From NCBI GenBank assembly GCA_965198115.1, contig OZ240241.1, positions 2,176,001 to 2,240,000 of the forward strand: DNA of 64,000 nucleotides, read 5' to 3'. A model generated the notes under the pieces. That model saw nothing but the letters and a program-made list of their open reading frames with translations, was not told where the DNA came from and did no database searches. The stretch comes from Candidatus Latescibacterota bacterium (lineage in GTDB: Bacteria; Latescibacterota; UBA2968). Of this stretch, positions 33,357 to 45,032 are shown piece after piece; positions within the stretch are counted from its first letter, which is position 1; every line of letters starts with the position of its first letter. The position numbers and the translations under genes are program-made.

Positions 33357-34902
33357 TTGACGATCACAGCCGCACAAGCGCGCACGGGAATCGCCCTCTG
33401 CAGCGCCCTCTTTCTGCTCCAAACCGTAACGTCTGCACGCCAGAAATCCCTCACGTGGGACGAGCCGACATTCATCGTAGCGGGGCTCAGCTATTTCCAT
33501 ACGGGTGACTTCGTCCTGAACGCAGAAGCCCCGCCCCTCGCCCAATACCTCATAGCGCTACCGCTTCTTCTTACCGACCTGCAGCCGCCCGACTACACAT
33601 CACCCGAATACAATCCCCGTGAACAGGTCGCCTTCGCGAGCCGATGGGTGGAAGCGAACGCCGATCGGATCGAGACCATTGCGTTGCTTTCGAGGGCGTC
33701 GACTTGGCTGATCGGTTCGGCCCTGGTGCTGCTCGTCGGCCTCTTCGCGATGCGATCGATGGGGCCACTGGCTGGGCTGACCGCCGCTCTCGTCGCGGCC
33801 CTGTCACCTAACCTGATCGCCCACGGACGTCTGGCGATAACGGACGTGGCTTGCGCCCTCGGCATGTTCGCCTCCGTGGTCACGTTACACACGGCGGTGC
33901 GTCAGAACGGACAATGGGCGTGGGTCCTTGTCGGTGTCGCCTGCGGGTTGGCCGCGTGAAGTTCACTTCGTGTCTGCTGGTACCCACCATCGGATTGATC
34001 CTGGTTATCGAAATACGACGTGCTACTCTCCCAATGCATCGCGCCATTCAGGGAACGCTCATACTCGCCGCTGCATCGCTCGTCGTCCTCACGATCGGCT
34101 ATCTCGGCAAACCCTGGCTCCTCCTCGAAGGTCTCTCGCGCGTCTATCGGAATACCACGCCAGGCTATCAGTTCTACTTGCTCGGTGATGTTTATGAAAC
34201 TCCGGTCTGGTACTACTACATCGTCACCTCATTCATAAAGATCCCCACGCCCACATTCCTTCTCTTGGCGATCGCGGCATGGACTACTTCACGAGAAAGG
34301 AACTTCGTGAGATCCTCCTCTACTGCGGCGTCCCCATCATCTTTCTATACGTCGCAACGGCGTTCGATTCCGCCAATCTCGGCATTCGTCGTGTCCTCCC
34401 GGCCTTCCCGTTCGCGTTCGTCCTGATCGGAATCACCGGAGTCACACACGACTGCCACCCCTGTCGGCACCTGCATCGAGCACTCGTCGCCTGGTGCGCA
34501 ATCGTCGCCTGGGTCATCTACCCGCATCACCTTTCCTTCTTCAACGCCCCATCCGGTGGCCCCACGCGAGGTCCCTACCTGCTCGAAGACAGCAACGTTG
34601 ACTGGGGTCAGGATCTTCCTGCTCTCGCCGCCTGGCAGCGTGAACATCAACCGGGCGAGCCAATCAAGCTGTTCTACTTCGGCACCGTTCCACCAGAATT
34701 GTATGGCATTCGCCACTTACCCATACCGCTAGAAGAAATCGTCGCACCCGAGCCGATCGTCTACGCCATCAGCGCGCATCAGCTCGTCTACATCCGCAAG
34801 ATCGCAAAGCAGACTAAGGCCAACATCGATTGGCTGACAAAGTATCGACCGTTCGATCGCGCTGGCTATAGCATTTACCTATACCGCTTTCCACAGGAGT
34901 GA
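33357..34902 (+). pseudogene. GT-C (PMT/ArnT-like) membrane glycosyltransferase, two frameshifts
   Basis: TWDEP, SPNLIAHGRLAITD, DSNVDWGQDL in three frames. Confidence 0.8.
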
Positions 34903-34967
34903 GAAGGCCGCAGGCAGAAGCAAGTAGGTAACCCAGCTTCGCGACGGTAGAGAAAAGGCGACCCTAC

Positions 34968-36203
34968 AGAAGCTGTTTCGTCATCGCCGTAAAGCCACAT
35001 AAGAATGGTTGTTGTTGTCTGGAGTGCGGCCGTCGAGGTAAAATCGTCCGCACAATGCCCCATCCGCGTCGGTGGCGTGACATTCCGGTGTGCGGGTGGA
35101 GGGTCTGGCTTCTCTACCATCCTCGGGAGATTCGGTGTCCTACCCACGGTCGTGTGGTCGAGGAGATTCCGTGGGCGGAGCGGTTCTCTCGGGTGACGTA
35201 TCGCTTCGAGTATGCCATGCTGCGCTACTGCCAGACCATGACGCAGAAGGCGGCGTCCGAGTTGCTGCGCATCTCTGCCTCGACGCTGTCGGATCTCCTT
35301 CACCGATCCATCACGCGGCTTCGTGAAGGTCATCGTATCCGAGGGCTCAAAACCATCGGGATCGACGAGATCTCCTACGCCAAGCGTCACAGGTACGCCA
35401 CGCTCGTTTACGATCTGGACCGCTCCTGCGTGGTGTGGGTTGGCCGCGGCAGGGCGCGTAAAACGATCGATCGGTTCTTCACAGAGGCTCTCAGTCCCTA
35501 CCGGAGATCCAAGATCGAGTGGGCCTGCTGCGACATGAGCGAAGCTTACATCGGAGCCATCCAGGAACACTGTCCGAATGCCAAGCTGGTCCTCGATCGC
35601 TTTCACATCGTCAAGGCTCTCAATGCCGCCGTTGACGAGGTCCGTAAGGACCAGTGGCGTAAAGCTGCCCCGGATGAGCGCAAAGCCATGAAGGGCCTCC
35701 GATGGCTCCTCTACCGGCACTCAGCGACACGCTCCAGAGGGGATACTCGGACACTCAAAGCACTGGAGAAGGCGAACTACCGAATCTATAGAGCCTGGAG
35801 ACTCAAGGACGAGTTCGAGCAGTTCTGGGAATACAAAGCGCCCTGGGCTGCCGAACGCTTCCTGAAATGCTGGACGACGTCCGCACTCAGAAGTCGACTT
35901 GAACCCCTGCGAAAGTTCGTCAGGACCCTGCGACAGCACTTCTTCGGCGTCCTCGCATTCGTGAACACGCGTCTTACCAACGCCATCGCCGAAGGCCTCA
36001 ACCGAATCGTCCAAATCGTCAAGAACCGAGCCAGCGGATTCCGCACACTCGACGCATTCAACGATATGATCTTCCTTACCGTCGGAGACATAAACATCCC
36101 TGAGCAGATTCCGAAGAGGTTCCGCACACGCTAACCGCGCCCCCATGCCAGGAACCACGGCACCTTCACCCACTTCAGCTCGTTGAGAGATCCGGATATA
36201 GCC
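34968..36203 (+). mobile_element. ISL3 copy 4, 5'-truncated (no left IR)
   Basis: Starts at agaagctg within the transposase; right IR intact. Confidence 0.93.
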
Positions 36204-36210
36204 AAAAAAA

Positions 36211-37630
36211 GGCTCTATCCGGGTTTCTCAACGGTGAAACTATAGAATGACAAGGTCATAGATCGTTCCCTACGCTTGGTTGTGTGTGTAGGACAATCAA
36301 AGCGAAGGGGGTGCGACCTATGACCGGGAGCAGATTACTATCGAAACTGCTGAGATTCAAGGGGTTCCGTGTTGTCAGCTGGTGGTTTGAGGGGAGAAGC
36401 TGCTTCGTCATCGCCGTAAAGCCACATAAGAATGGTTGTTGTTGTCCGGAGTGCGGCCGTCGAGGTAAAATCGTCCGCACAATGCCCCATCCGCGTCGGT
36501 GGCGTGACATTCCGGTGTGCGGGTGGAGGGTCTGGCTTCTCTACCATCCTCGGGAGATTCGGTGTCCTACCCACGGTCGTGTGGTCGAGGAGATTCCGTG
36601 GGCGGAGCGGTTCTCTCGGGTGACGTATCGCTTCGAGTATGCCATGCTGCGCTACTGCCAGACCATGACGCAGAAGGCGGCGTCCGAGTTACTGCGCATC
36701 TCTGCCTCGACGCTGTCGGATCTCCTTCACCGATCCATCACGCGGCTTCGTGAAGGTCATCGTATCCGAGGGCTCAAAACCATCGGGATCGACGAGATCT
36801 CCTACGCCAAGCGTCACAGGTACGCCACGCTCGTTTACGATCTGGACCGCTCCTGCGTGGTGTGGGTTGGCCGCGGCAGGGCGCGTAAAACGATCGATCG
36901 GTTCTTCACAGAGGCTCTCAGTCCCTACCAGAGATCCAAGATCGAGTGGGCCTGCTGCGACATGAGCGAAGCTTACATCGGAGCCATCCAGGAACACTGT
37001 CCGAATGCCAAGCTGGTCCTCGATCGCTTTCACATCGTCAAGGCTCTCAATGCCGCCGTTGACGAGGTCCGTAAGGACCAGTGGCGTAAAGCTGCCCCGG
37101 ATGAGCGCAAAGCCATGAAGGGCCTCCGATGGCTCCTCTACCGGCACTCAGCGACACGCTCCAGAGGGGATACTCGGACACTCAAAGCACTGGAGAAGGC
37201 GAACTACCGAATCTATAGAGCCTGGAGACTCAAGGACGAGTTCGAGCAGTTCTGGGAATACAAAGCGCCCTGGGCTGCCGAACGCTTCCTGAAATGCTGG
37301 ACGACGTCCGCACTCAGAAGTCGACTTGAACCCCTGCGAAAGTTCGTCAGGACCCTGCGACAGCACTTCTTCGGCGTCCTCGCATTCGTGAACACGCGTC
37401 TTACCAACGCCATCGCCGAAGGCCTCAACCGAATCGTCCAAATCGTCAAGAACCGAGCCAGCGGATTCCGCACACTCGACGCATTCAACGATATGATCTT
37501 CCTTACCGTCGGAGACATAAACATCCCTGAGCAGATTCCGAAGAGGTTCCGCACACGCTAACCGCGCCCCCATGCCAGGAACCACGGCACCTTCACCCAC
37601 TTCAGCTCGTTGAGAGATCCGGATATAGCC
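36211..37630 (+). mobile_element. ISL3 copy 5, intact; transposase 36320-37561
   Basis: 1420 bp, both IRs, flanked by A7/A8. Confidence 0.95.
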
Positions 37631-37638
37631 AAAAAAAA

Positions 37639-39058
37639 GGCTCTATCCGGGTTTCTCAACGGTGAAACTATAGAATGACAAGGTCATAGATCGTTCCCTA
37701 CGCTTGGTTGTGTGTGTAGGACAATCAAAGCGAAGGGGGTGCGACCTATGACCGGGAGCAGATTACTATCGAAACTGCTGAGATTCAAGGGGTTCCGTGT
37801 TGTCAGCTGGTGGTTTGAGGGGAGAAGCTGTTTCGTCATCGCCGTAAAGCCACATAAGAATGGTTGTTGTTGTCCGGAGTGCGGCCGTCGAGGTAAAATC
37901 GTCCGCACAATGCCCCATCCGCGTCGGTGGCGTGACATTCCGGTGTGCGGGTGGAGGGTCTGGCTTCTCTACCATCCTCGGGAGATTCGGTGTCCTACCC
38001 ACGGTCGTGTGGTCGAGGAGATTCCGTGGGCGGAGCGGTTCTCTCGGGTGACGTATCGCTTCGAGTATGCCATGCTGCGCTACTGCCAGACCATGACGCA
38101 GAAGGCGGCGTCCGAGTTACTGCGCATCTCTGCCTCGACGCTGTCGGATCTCCTTCACCGATCCATCACGCGGCTTCGTGAAGGTCATCGTATCCGAGGG
38201 CTCAAAACCATCGGGATCGACGAGATCTCCTACGCCAAGCGTCACAGGTACGCCACGCTCGTTTACGATCTGGACCGCTCCTGCGTGGTGTGGGTTGGCC
38301 GCGGCAGGGCGCGTAAAACGATCGATCGGTTCTTCACAGAGGCTCTCAGTCCCTACCAGAGATCCAAGATCGAGTGGGCCTGCTGCGACATGAGCGAAGC
38401 TTACATCGGAGCCATCCAGGAACACTGTCCGAATGCCAAGCTGGTCCTCGATCGCTTTCACATCGTCAAGGCTCTCAATGCCGCCGTTGACGAGGTCCGT
38501 AAGGACCAGTGGCGTAAAGCTGCCCCGGATGAGCGCAAAGCCATGAAGGGCCTCCGATGGCTCCTCTACCGGCACTCAGCGACACGCTCCAGAGGGGATA
38601 CTCGGACACTCAAAGCACTGGAGAAGGCGAACTACCGAATCTATAGAGCCTGGAGACTCAAGGACGAGTTCGAGCAGTTCTGGGAATACAAAGCGCCCTG
38701 GGCTGCCGAACGCTTCCTGAAATGCTGGACGACGTCCGCACTCAGAAGTCGACGTGAACCCCTGCGAAAGTTCGTCAGGACCCTGCGACAGCACTTCTTC
38801 GGCGTCCTCGCATTCGTGAACACGCGTCTTACCAACGCCATCGCCGAAGGCCTCAACCGAATCGTCCAAATCGTCAAGAACCGAGCCAGCGGATTCCGCA
38901 CACTCGACGCATTCAACGATATGATCTTCCTTACCGTCGGAGACATAAACATCCCTGAGCAGATTCCGAAGAGGTTCCGCACACTCTAACCGCGCCCCCA
39001 TGCCAGGAACCACGGCACCTTCACCCACTTCATCTCGTTGAGAGATCCGGATATAGCC
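37639..39058 (+). mobile_element. ISL3 copy 6, intact; transposase 37748-38989
   Basis: 1420 bp, both IRs, flanked by A8/A8. Confidence 0.95.
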
Positions 39059-39974
39059 AAAAAAAAGCATAAGCTGCCCGGCGCTTGGAAGGGCCATAGT
39101 CGTGCCCTTCGGACTCAAAGTGCACATTCTCAACCCTATCTTCGCACCCGTGCAGCGCATAGATCCTCTGGATAAATGGAAACCCCACACTCGGAAAATT
39201 GTGCGTGGGATCTTCCCCGCCAACCGAAATCAACAGCTGAGGTCGAGGCACGGCCGACGCAGACAGCTCGATCGCATTCGTATCCGGATCCTGCATAATC
39301 GACGATCCGACGCCCTCGCACACGCAGCCGTTGGTCAGAGGAGACCACGGATATACAATCACAACCGGAGCAGATACTTTCACGCGCTCATCCACAAGCG
39401 TCAGAAAAAACGTCTGGGTCCCTCCACCCGAAGCCCCCGTAACCCCCACGCGTTCCGAATCGACTCCCGACAGATCGGTGAGATGGTCAATGACCCTGAT
39501 ACTGTTCCACGTCTGAAGCGTCAACGTTAAGGGGTCCTTGTGGGCCAACTGTTGAGAATCCTGATATCCCACCATGCTATAGGAAAACACCGTGGCGCCC
39601 ATACGCGCAAAGTGAGCACAGCGGATCTGATGCTCCGGCCGAAACCGCCCCTCTTTGAAATGCCCGTGCGGACACAGAACCGCCGGACTATCCGAAGGCT
39701 CAGGACGGGGCCGATACAGATTTCCCGTACAGTAGAACCCGGGCACGGTTTCCAGGGCCACATTTTCAACGCTGTAGTCCTCGTATTCTCGGCGGCTGTG
39801 TGAAATCGGATTCAGAGGCGTCTTTGGTGGCAAGGGCCACAGCTTTGCTCCCTTCAGAAACCCCTCACGCAATTCCGCACGTCGCCTGGACCAGGCGTCG
39901 GCGGTTGTGTAGAGATCCTTCGACCGTTGTAATTGAGATGCGATGCGCTCACGGCCGACAGATGCAGCCTCCAT
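39059..39974 (-). pseudogene. Acetylxylan esterase-like alpha/beta hydrolase, C-terminus cut by ISL3
   Basis: LCPHGH, GVTGASGGGTQT, HDYGPSKRRAAYAFF then IS. Confidence 0.8.
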
Positions 39975-40023
39975 CGCCTTTCCTTTATCTAGACTTCCTG
40001 GTTCGCCTGTTGGTGCTACGTGG

Positions 40024-40989
40024 TCAGGCCTTACGCTCTGCCTCAACCGCTTGAATCAGCGCGATGATGTACCCGAACTGAAACGCCCACGCCTGCCGAA
40101 CACGTCCTGACCCTTCGATCGGTGAAACGTCATCCGGATGCTTCGGAGCGTGGTCGGGCATCAGCATATAGGGATAGTCCACGTCGCGCAGGGTCTTGGC
40201 CAGTCGGTACATATCCACGTCGCCCTCATCCGGCCAGACCTCCTGAAAATTGTGGAGGCCACCCTTGATATTCCGAAAATGAATGTTGAAAAGCTTTTTC
40301 CTCTCGCCGAAGTACCGGACGATGTCGTAGAGTTCCTCGCCCGGATTCTCCAACCCTTCGGACGCGACACCGCAGCAGAAGTTGAAACCGTGATATGGGC
40401 TATCGACCAGCTCAGAGAATCGCTTCAGCCCCTCCATCACGGGAAAGTTCCACAGCTCGACACCCTTCAGCACGGGGGCAGGTGGGTCGTCGAGGTGACA
40501 CGCGAACTGGATCTTGTTCTCCTCAGCCACTGGAATGACGCGCTCGAGCAGGTATCCCGCTCGCTCGTATGCTTCCTCCCGACTCACTTCACCCGCTTCG
40601 GTCCGGAAATCATTGTCGAATTCCTCGATCCTGAATGTGCTGCAGGACACACCACCGCGTCCCTGTGTCCGCTCCGTTCGGGAGTGTCCCCCGATGGTGA
40701 AGTTGTAGTTGAGCCCACGTAGGCCGGCCTGCCCGGCGATTTCGATCTTCCGGCACAACCCGTCGATGTCCTTGTCCCGTTCGGGGTCCCGGGCCAGCGT
40801 GATGCTCTTCGGAATCTCGATATGGATCATCTCCAGCTCAACGCCCTCAACCGCGGCCTCTTCCCTGTAACGCTTCAGCTTTTCCAGATCTGTCCCGTCA
40901 TCGTCGCAATCCATATGCGTGACACCGTGTCTGACGAGAAATTCCAGCTCGCGTTTCGACGTTCCGATTCCCTGCACTCCGACGTACAT
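40024..40989 (-). CDS. Mannonate dehydratase (UxuA) family
   Basis: HLDDPP, GFNFCCG, IHFRNIKG, DEGDVDM, MPDHAP. Confidence 0.88.
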   Translation of the reverse strand: MYVGVQGIGTSKRELEFLVRHGVTHMDCDDDGTDLEKLKRYREEAAVEGVELEMIHIEIPKSITLARDPERDKDIDGLCRKIEIAGQAGLRGLNYNFTIGGHSRTERTQGRGGVSCSTFRIEEFDNDFRTEAGEVSREEAYERAGYLLERVIPVAEENKIQFACHLDDPPAPVLKGVELWNFPVMEGLKRFSELVDSPYHGFNFCCGVASEGLENPGEELYDIVRYFGERKKLFNIHFRNIKGGLHNFQEVWPDEGDVDMYRLAKTLRDVDYPYMLMPDHAPKHPDDVSPIEGSGRVRQAWAFQFGYIIALIQAVEAERKA

Positions 40990-41054
40990 AACCCCTCCAA
41001 GAAGAGAATTCTATGCCGACCGTCACCCTCTCATGCAACATCTCACAAGCCAGA

Positions 41055-41825
41055 CTAACCGTCCGTCCTTCGAACCCTTCGCAACAGGTCCTTCTCACGC
41101 GGAGACAGGGTCTGATAGAACGACTCGGTTAGCATCGGCGTATTTTCGTTGGCCTCCAATCGCCCATGACTTTCGGTGTAGTACCAATGGCGATTGTGCA
41201 CGATGACCATAAATGGGCGGGGCGCCTCAGTACGATTGGGAGTGCCACGGTGTAGGGTGCGCGGGTCCGTAATCATCACGTCGCCGGCCTCGAGCAAGAC
41301 TGGCTTGAGCGGGATTTGGCCCGAGTTGACCTTCTCCACCGTCTCAGCCCGGGGCAGATGCTGGGTTCGCTCGGCCACTTCAAACGGACCATTCTCCGGC
41401 GTCACATCAACAAGCGTAAACCGCACGGACAACAGCGATGGCGGGTTCCGATGGTCCGGCTCTTCGGGGAACAACAAAGGCAGATCCGCGTGGACCTTCT
41501 GGTGTTCCGACCCCCTTATCGGTGTGTCTGTGCCGTAGTAGGAGACGTACATGTTCTCACCCAGGATGCGGCCGACGATCTGGGTCACCGTGTCGTCGTC
41601 GAAAAAAACGGAGTGATAGAGCGGCGGCCCGAAGGGTAGACCGATGGCCCACCGCTTCGGTCCACGGTTGCCTTCCGGGATACGGGCGGCAACATCTCTT
41701 AGCAGCGGCAAAAATGCCTGGTGGCATGCTTCAACTGCCGGCCGTGGAAAATGACCCGGCAGGATGCAGTGCCCGATGTCCAGGATTTCTGCCACGCACG
41801 TGTCGATATTGACTCGATCCTCCAT
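41055..41825 (-). CDS. PhyH family dioxygenase
   Basis: QKVHAD, ENGPFE, HRGTPNRT..R. Confidence 0.85.
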   Translation of the reverse strand: MEDRVNIDTCVAEILDIGHCILPGHFPRPAVEACHQAFLPLLRDVAARIPEGNRGPKRWAIGLPFGPPLYHSVFFDDDTVTQIVGRILGENMYVSYYGTDTPIRGSEHQKVHADLPLLFPEEPDHRNPPSLLSVRFTLVDVTPENGPFEVAERTQHLPRAETVEKVNSGQIPLKPVLLEAGDVMITDPRTLHRGTPNRTEAPRPFMVIVHNRHWYYTESHGRLEANENTPMLTESFYQTLSPREKDLLRRVRRTDG

Positions 41826-41891
41826 AGTCGAAACCTCCCCTGGGCCGAATGCCCTACCGCTCCTGCGATCAGTATATGCGCAGCCTCTCAT

Positions 41892-42913
41892 TCACACCTT
41901 CTCCAGATATGCCCAGAGTTCATCAAAGTGCGTACCCGTGATCGGCTGGTGGCGCAGGATTGAATCGATTCCCCCTTCTGTCATGTAAGGGGGGACGAAT
42001 TCCAAGCCTTTGCGCAATTCCTCGTAGGAAAGACCCATCGCTGATGGACGAATGCGGACCTGACACGCGTTCAGCCTGGCTGTGAGCTTTTCCGGCGCCG
42101 CCTCAGCCTGCCAGGCGATGATGATAGCGCCCAGGGCAACCACTTCCCCGTGTATCCAGCCGCGATCATTGATCAATTCCAGAGCCAGCCAGAAAGGATG
42201 GTCGCCGCTTCCGTGCCGGCTGGCAGTTGCCGGCTGTCGCGCTCCTGTAACGAAGACACGATATGCTCGATACTGGCAGCGGTAAGATTCTCTTGCGGGC
42301 CCAGGGTTTGCCTAAAACCCTGGACGAGTTCGTCCAGGTAGTTTTCCAGGGTTGTAGCTGCTCCCTGGTCGAATTCCGGTCCGGATCCTTGCCCCGCCCG
42401 CCAACGCCACTCAGCAAGACCCGCGTACATGCACAAGATGTCGCCGAGCCCCGCCGTGTTCAGGTAATAGGGGGCGGCCATCACCACGTCGTAGTCGACC
42501 AGGACGTACTCGCAGTCGACCCACGGCCAGTCGTCGACGCCCCCGATTATTTTGCGGCCCTCCCACTTGGCCACCACGCCGTGGATGATGGCCCCGCTGG
42601 AGGCGATGGTGGGCACCAGGATCAGCGGGACCCCCTTGTCGAGGGCGACGAACTTCGAGGCGTCGAGCGCCCGACCTCCGCCCAGACCGACCACCAGCTC
42701 AATGTCGTCGGGCAGTTGCCGGCCCAATTCCCGCTGGTGCTGCGAATCCAGCCACTCGGCGTAAGCGATACCCTCCGGTGATCGCGCGAGAGACGGACCA
42801 GCTGCCGCCAGAGCACTCGGGGTGGAGACAATCCCGTAGCGAGGCCAGCTTTCGCTATCGCGCCTCAACAATTCACTGCCGTAACGGATGTCTATTTCCG
42901 CTGCTCGTTTCAT
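41892..42913 (-). pseudogene. Glycerol-1-phosphate dehydrogenase / iron-ADH-like, frameshift near 42205
   Basis: VGLGGGRALDASK, VPT, AGLGD, IHGEVVALG. Confidence 0.75.
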
Positions 42914-42980
42914 GCGGCTGCCACCATCCCAGCCGCGGCCTGACACGGTCATAGCTGTTTCCCTCTCTCGGGCGGATAGG

Positions 42981-43037
42981 GAATAAACGGGGTTCTTTCC
43001 TCCGCAGATAGGAAGAATAAACGGGGTTCTTTCCTCC
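42981..43037. repeat. 23-bp direct repeat x2
   Basis: gaataaacggggttctttcctcc at 42981 and 43015. Confidence 0.85.
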
Positions 43038-43308
43038 TTTGGTTAGGCATCTGGGTCCGGGTAAGGGCGCAAGTTTCAGGCGTCCACCCTCAGCAATAGC
43101 ACTGCTACGGAGGACGGGTAGCCTGCTACGGGCTGCCCACCGTAGCTGAAGCGAAGGAGGGAGGACGGGCGCAGGAGATGCGGCAGCCTATTTGTCCGAT
43201 GCTGGGCGTGGTTGACGCCAACGCCGCTCTGGGTGCTGGTTCAAGTGTGCGTTACGCCCCACAAAGGGACACACTTCTCCCCAATCGCGCGTGAAAGCGA
43301 CAAACCAC

Positions 43309-44862
43309 TCAGGCATCTGGTTCATCTCTCAGCGCCTCGCACGCTTCCCCAGCGAGTTGCTCCAAGGTCTTGGCCAGGCCACCGTAAAATCCATCTCCGA
43401 ATCGAGCGCGGATGGCATCAGCCAGTTTTTCAGCCGCTGAACTCGCGGAGGCTAAACCTTGCCGCCGCTCCTCAGAAGGGGATTCCCGGTACACTTTTCT
43501 GGCGTGGGTCATCTCCAAACGGGCGCGAAAGGCTTTGACGATAACAATGGCGCCCTCAAAGAGATTGCTGAGTTGTTGATAATCGCTCGGTTTCAAAGCA
43601 TCCGCGACGCTCTCGACGTCCGCCAGGCAGCGTTCCGCAAGGTGTAGGGCTTCATCTTTTTCGTCGCGAAGCACTTCAAAGCCCACGCTATCCAGGCGGT
43701 CTTCCAGCGTCGGCTGGGGGCGAGCGCGGAAGTGAGGCTGGCTCAAAAGCTTCGGCAATTGGCTGTGAGCCTGATCGTAGCTTCCTGCGGCATCAAAAGT
43801 TAAGCGGACGAGTTCTTCCGTTCTCCGCAATGCCCTGATCATTGCCGGAGCGGCTTCCTCGCCATATTTGGAAGCCGCCCATTCCCGCCAGAGAGCGCCA
43901 TCCATCTGCGCGTAATTCCCGTGCCACGGTTGGTCAGGAGCCAACTGGTAGCCGGGGTCGTGGAGGAACCGGCCGAGCGCAAACACATTGATGTCATTCG
44001 GACTGTCGAATATCGTCTTGAAGTGTTGCGATTTCGCATCGTCGTGCACGAGTCTGGCTGTGACGCCCAGCGGCTCGAAGGGAAGAATCCCGCGCACCGC
44101 GCCGTGGATGTATTCAGGTATGCAACACGGCATGTCCAATCGGCCCAAGTACTCGCCGTAGACATCCATCTCCACCACCAGATTGCGGCGCCCATACGCC
44201 GCGAGATACGGGGTCAGCGGAAGATTCAGATGCGTCCAGTCCGCTAAGACCTCTTTGGTCATAATGACGACATCATCAGGGAGGGCATCCACGATGCGCA
44301 AAAAGCTTCTGAAATCTTCATCTCTGACGATGAAATCTCGTATGACCAGCCCTTTGCCGTGGGCGTTGCACACATCATAGATTGTCGTGTACAACTTCAG
44401 GAGCCTCTCCTCCCTGCCCATGGAACCGCCGCTTTGCACGATGCTTGGGGTCTCGTGCAAACTGGTGAGCGTGAGACGATCCACTTCCGGCATGAGCTGG
44501 AAGAATTCATCGAGCGAAGCGGATATGAAGTTCCACACGAAGTCCTTATCAACATCGCCTACTTCTGGATAAGCTGATGCCAATTCCTTGGGTGCGTATC
44601 GAAAAACGTGATACCAGCAGTTGAGTTCCAACCCCTGACGCTTGACCTTCTGAGCCAATTCGCGAAGGTAGGCATAGTTTTCTGCCCGCTCCCGCTCGGA
44701 TAGATCCGGTTGAAGTTTGTCGAAATCCCGATACGTAATGATCGCATCGACAATCCCGCCCGGGCAGGTGTAGTCGTGAAACTCGAGCAGATTCACGCCG
44801 TAATCCGCAGCCCGAACGACCGCTTCGTTGACGTAATCTGTAAACAGTTCCTTGTCCCTCAC
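43309..44862 (-). CDS. Hypothetical protein, possibly glycoside hydrolase-like TIM barrel
   Basis: 517-aa clean ORF; VVEMDVYGEYLG; catabolic context. Confidence 0.6.
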   Translation of the reverse strand: MRDKELFTDYVNEAVVRAADYGVNLLEFHDYTCPGGIVDAIITYRDFDKLQPDLSERERAENYAYLRELAQKVKRQGLELNCWYHVFRYAPKELASAYPEVGDVDKDFVWNFISASLDEFFQLMPEVDRLTLTSLHETPSIVQSGGSMGREERLLKLYTTIYDVCNAHGKGLVIRDFIVRDEDFRSFLRIVDALPDDVVIMTKEVLADWTHLNLPLTPYLAAYGRRNLVVEMDVYGEYLGRLDMPCCIPEYIHGAVRGILPFEPLGVTARLVHDDAKSQHFKTIFDSPNDINVFALGRFLHDPGYQLAPDQPWHGNYAQMDGALWREWAASKYGEEAAPAMIRALRRTEELVRLTFDAAGSYDQAHSQLPKLLSQPHFRARPQPTLEDRLDSVGFEVLRDEKDEALHLAERCLADVESVADALKPSDYQQLSNLFEGAIVIVKAFRARLEMTHARKVYRESPSEERRQGLASASSAAEKLADAIRARFGDGFYGGLAKTLEQLAGEACEALRDEPDA

Positions 44863-45032
44863 CGAACAGAACGCCCATCCACGCCACGGGAAATAAGGTG
44901 CGCTTCCTTGTGTTGTCAGGGCGTCCCCCTCCGCTTTGTGAAAACGGGACTCACTTCGATCATCTAATCCCTCGCATCTCCATAACTATTTTAAAGATCC
45001 AGAATCTGCGCGGGTACGTACCTCACGGTAGT

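Noticed and set aside
36180-36250. Junction promoter at IRR-A7/A8-IRL
   Set aside because: TTGAGA and TAGAAT are ~55 bp apart, not 17.
42975-43037. Mini-CRISPR
   Set aside because: Only two repeats with an 11-bp gap.
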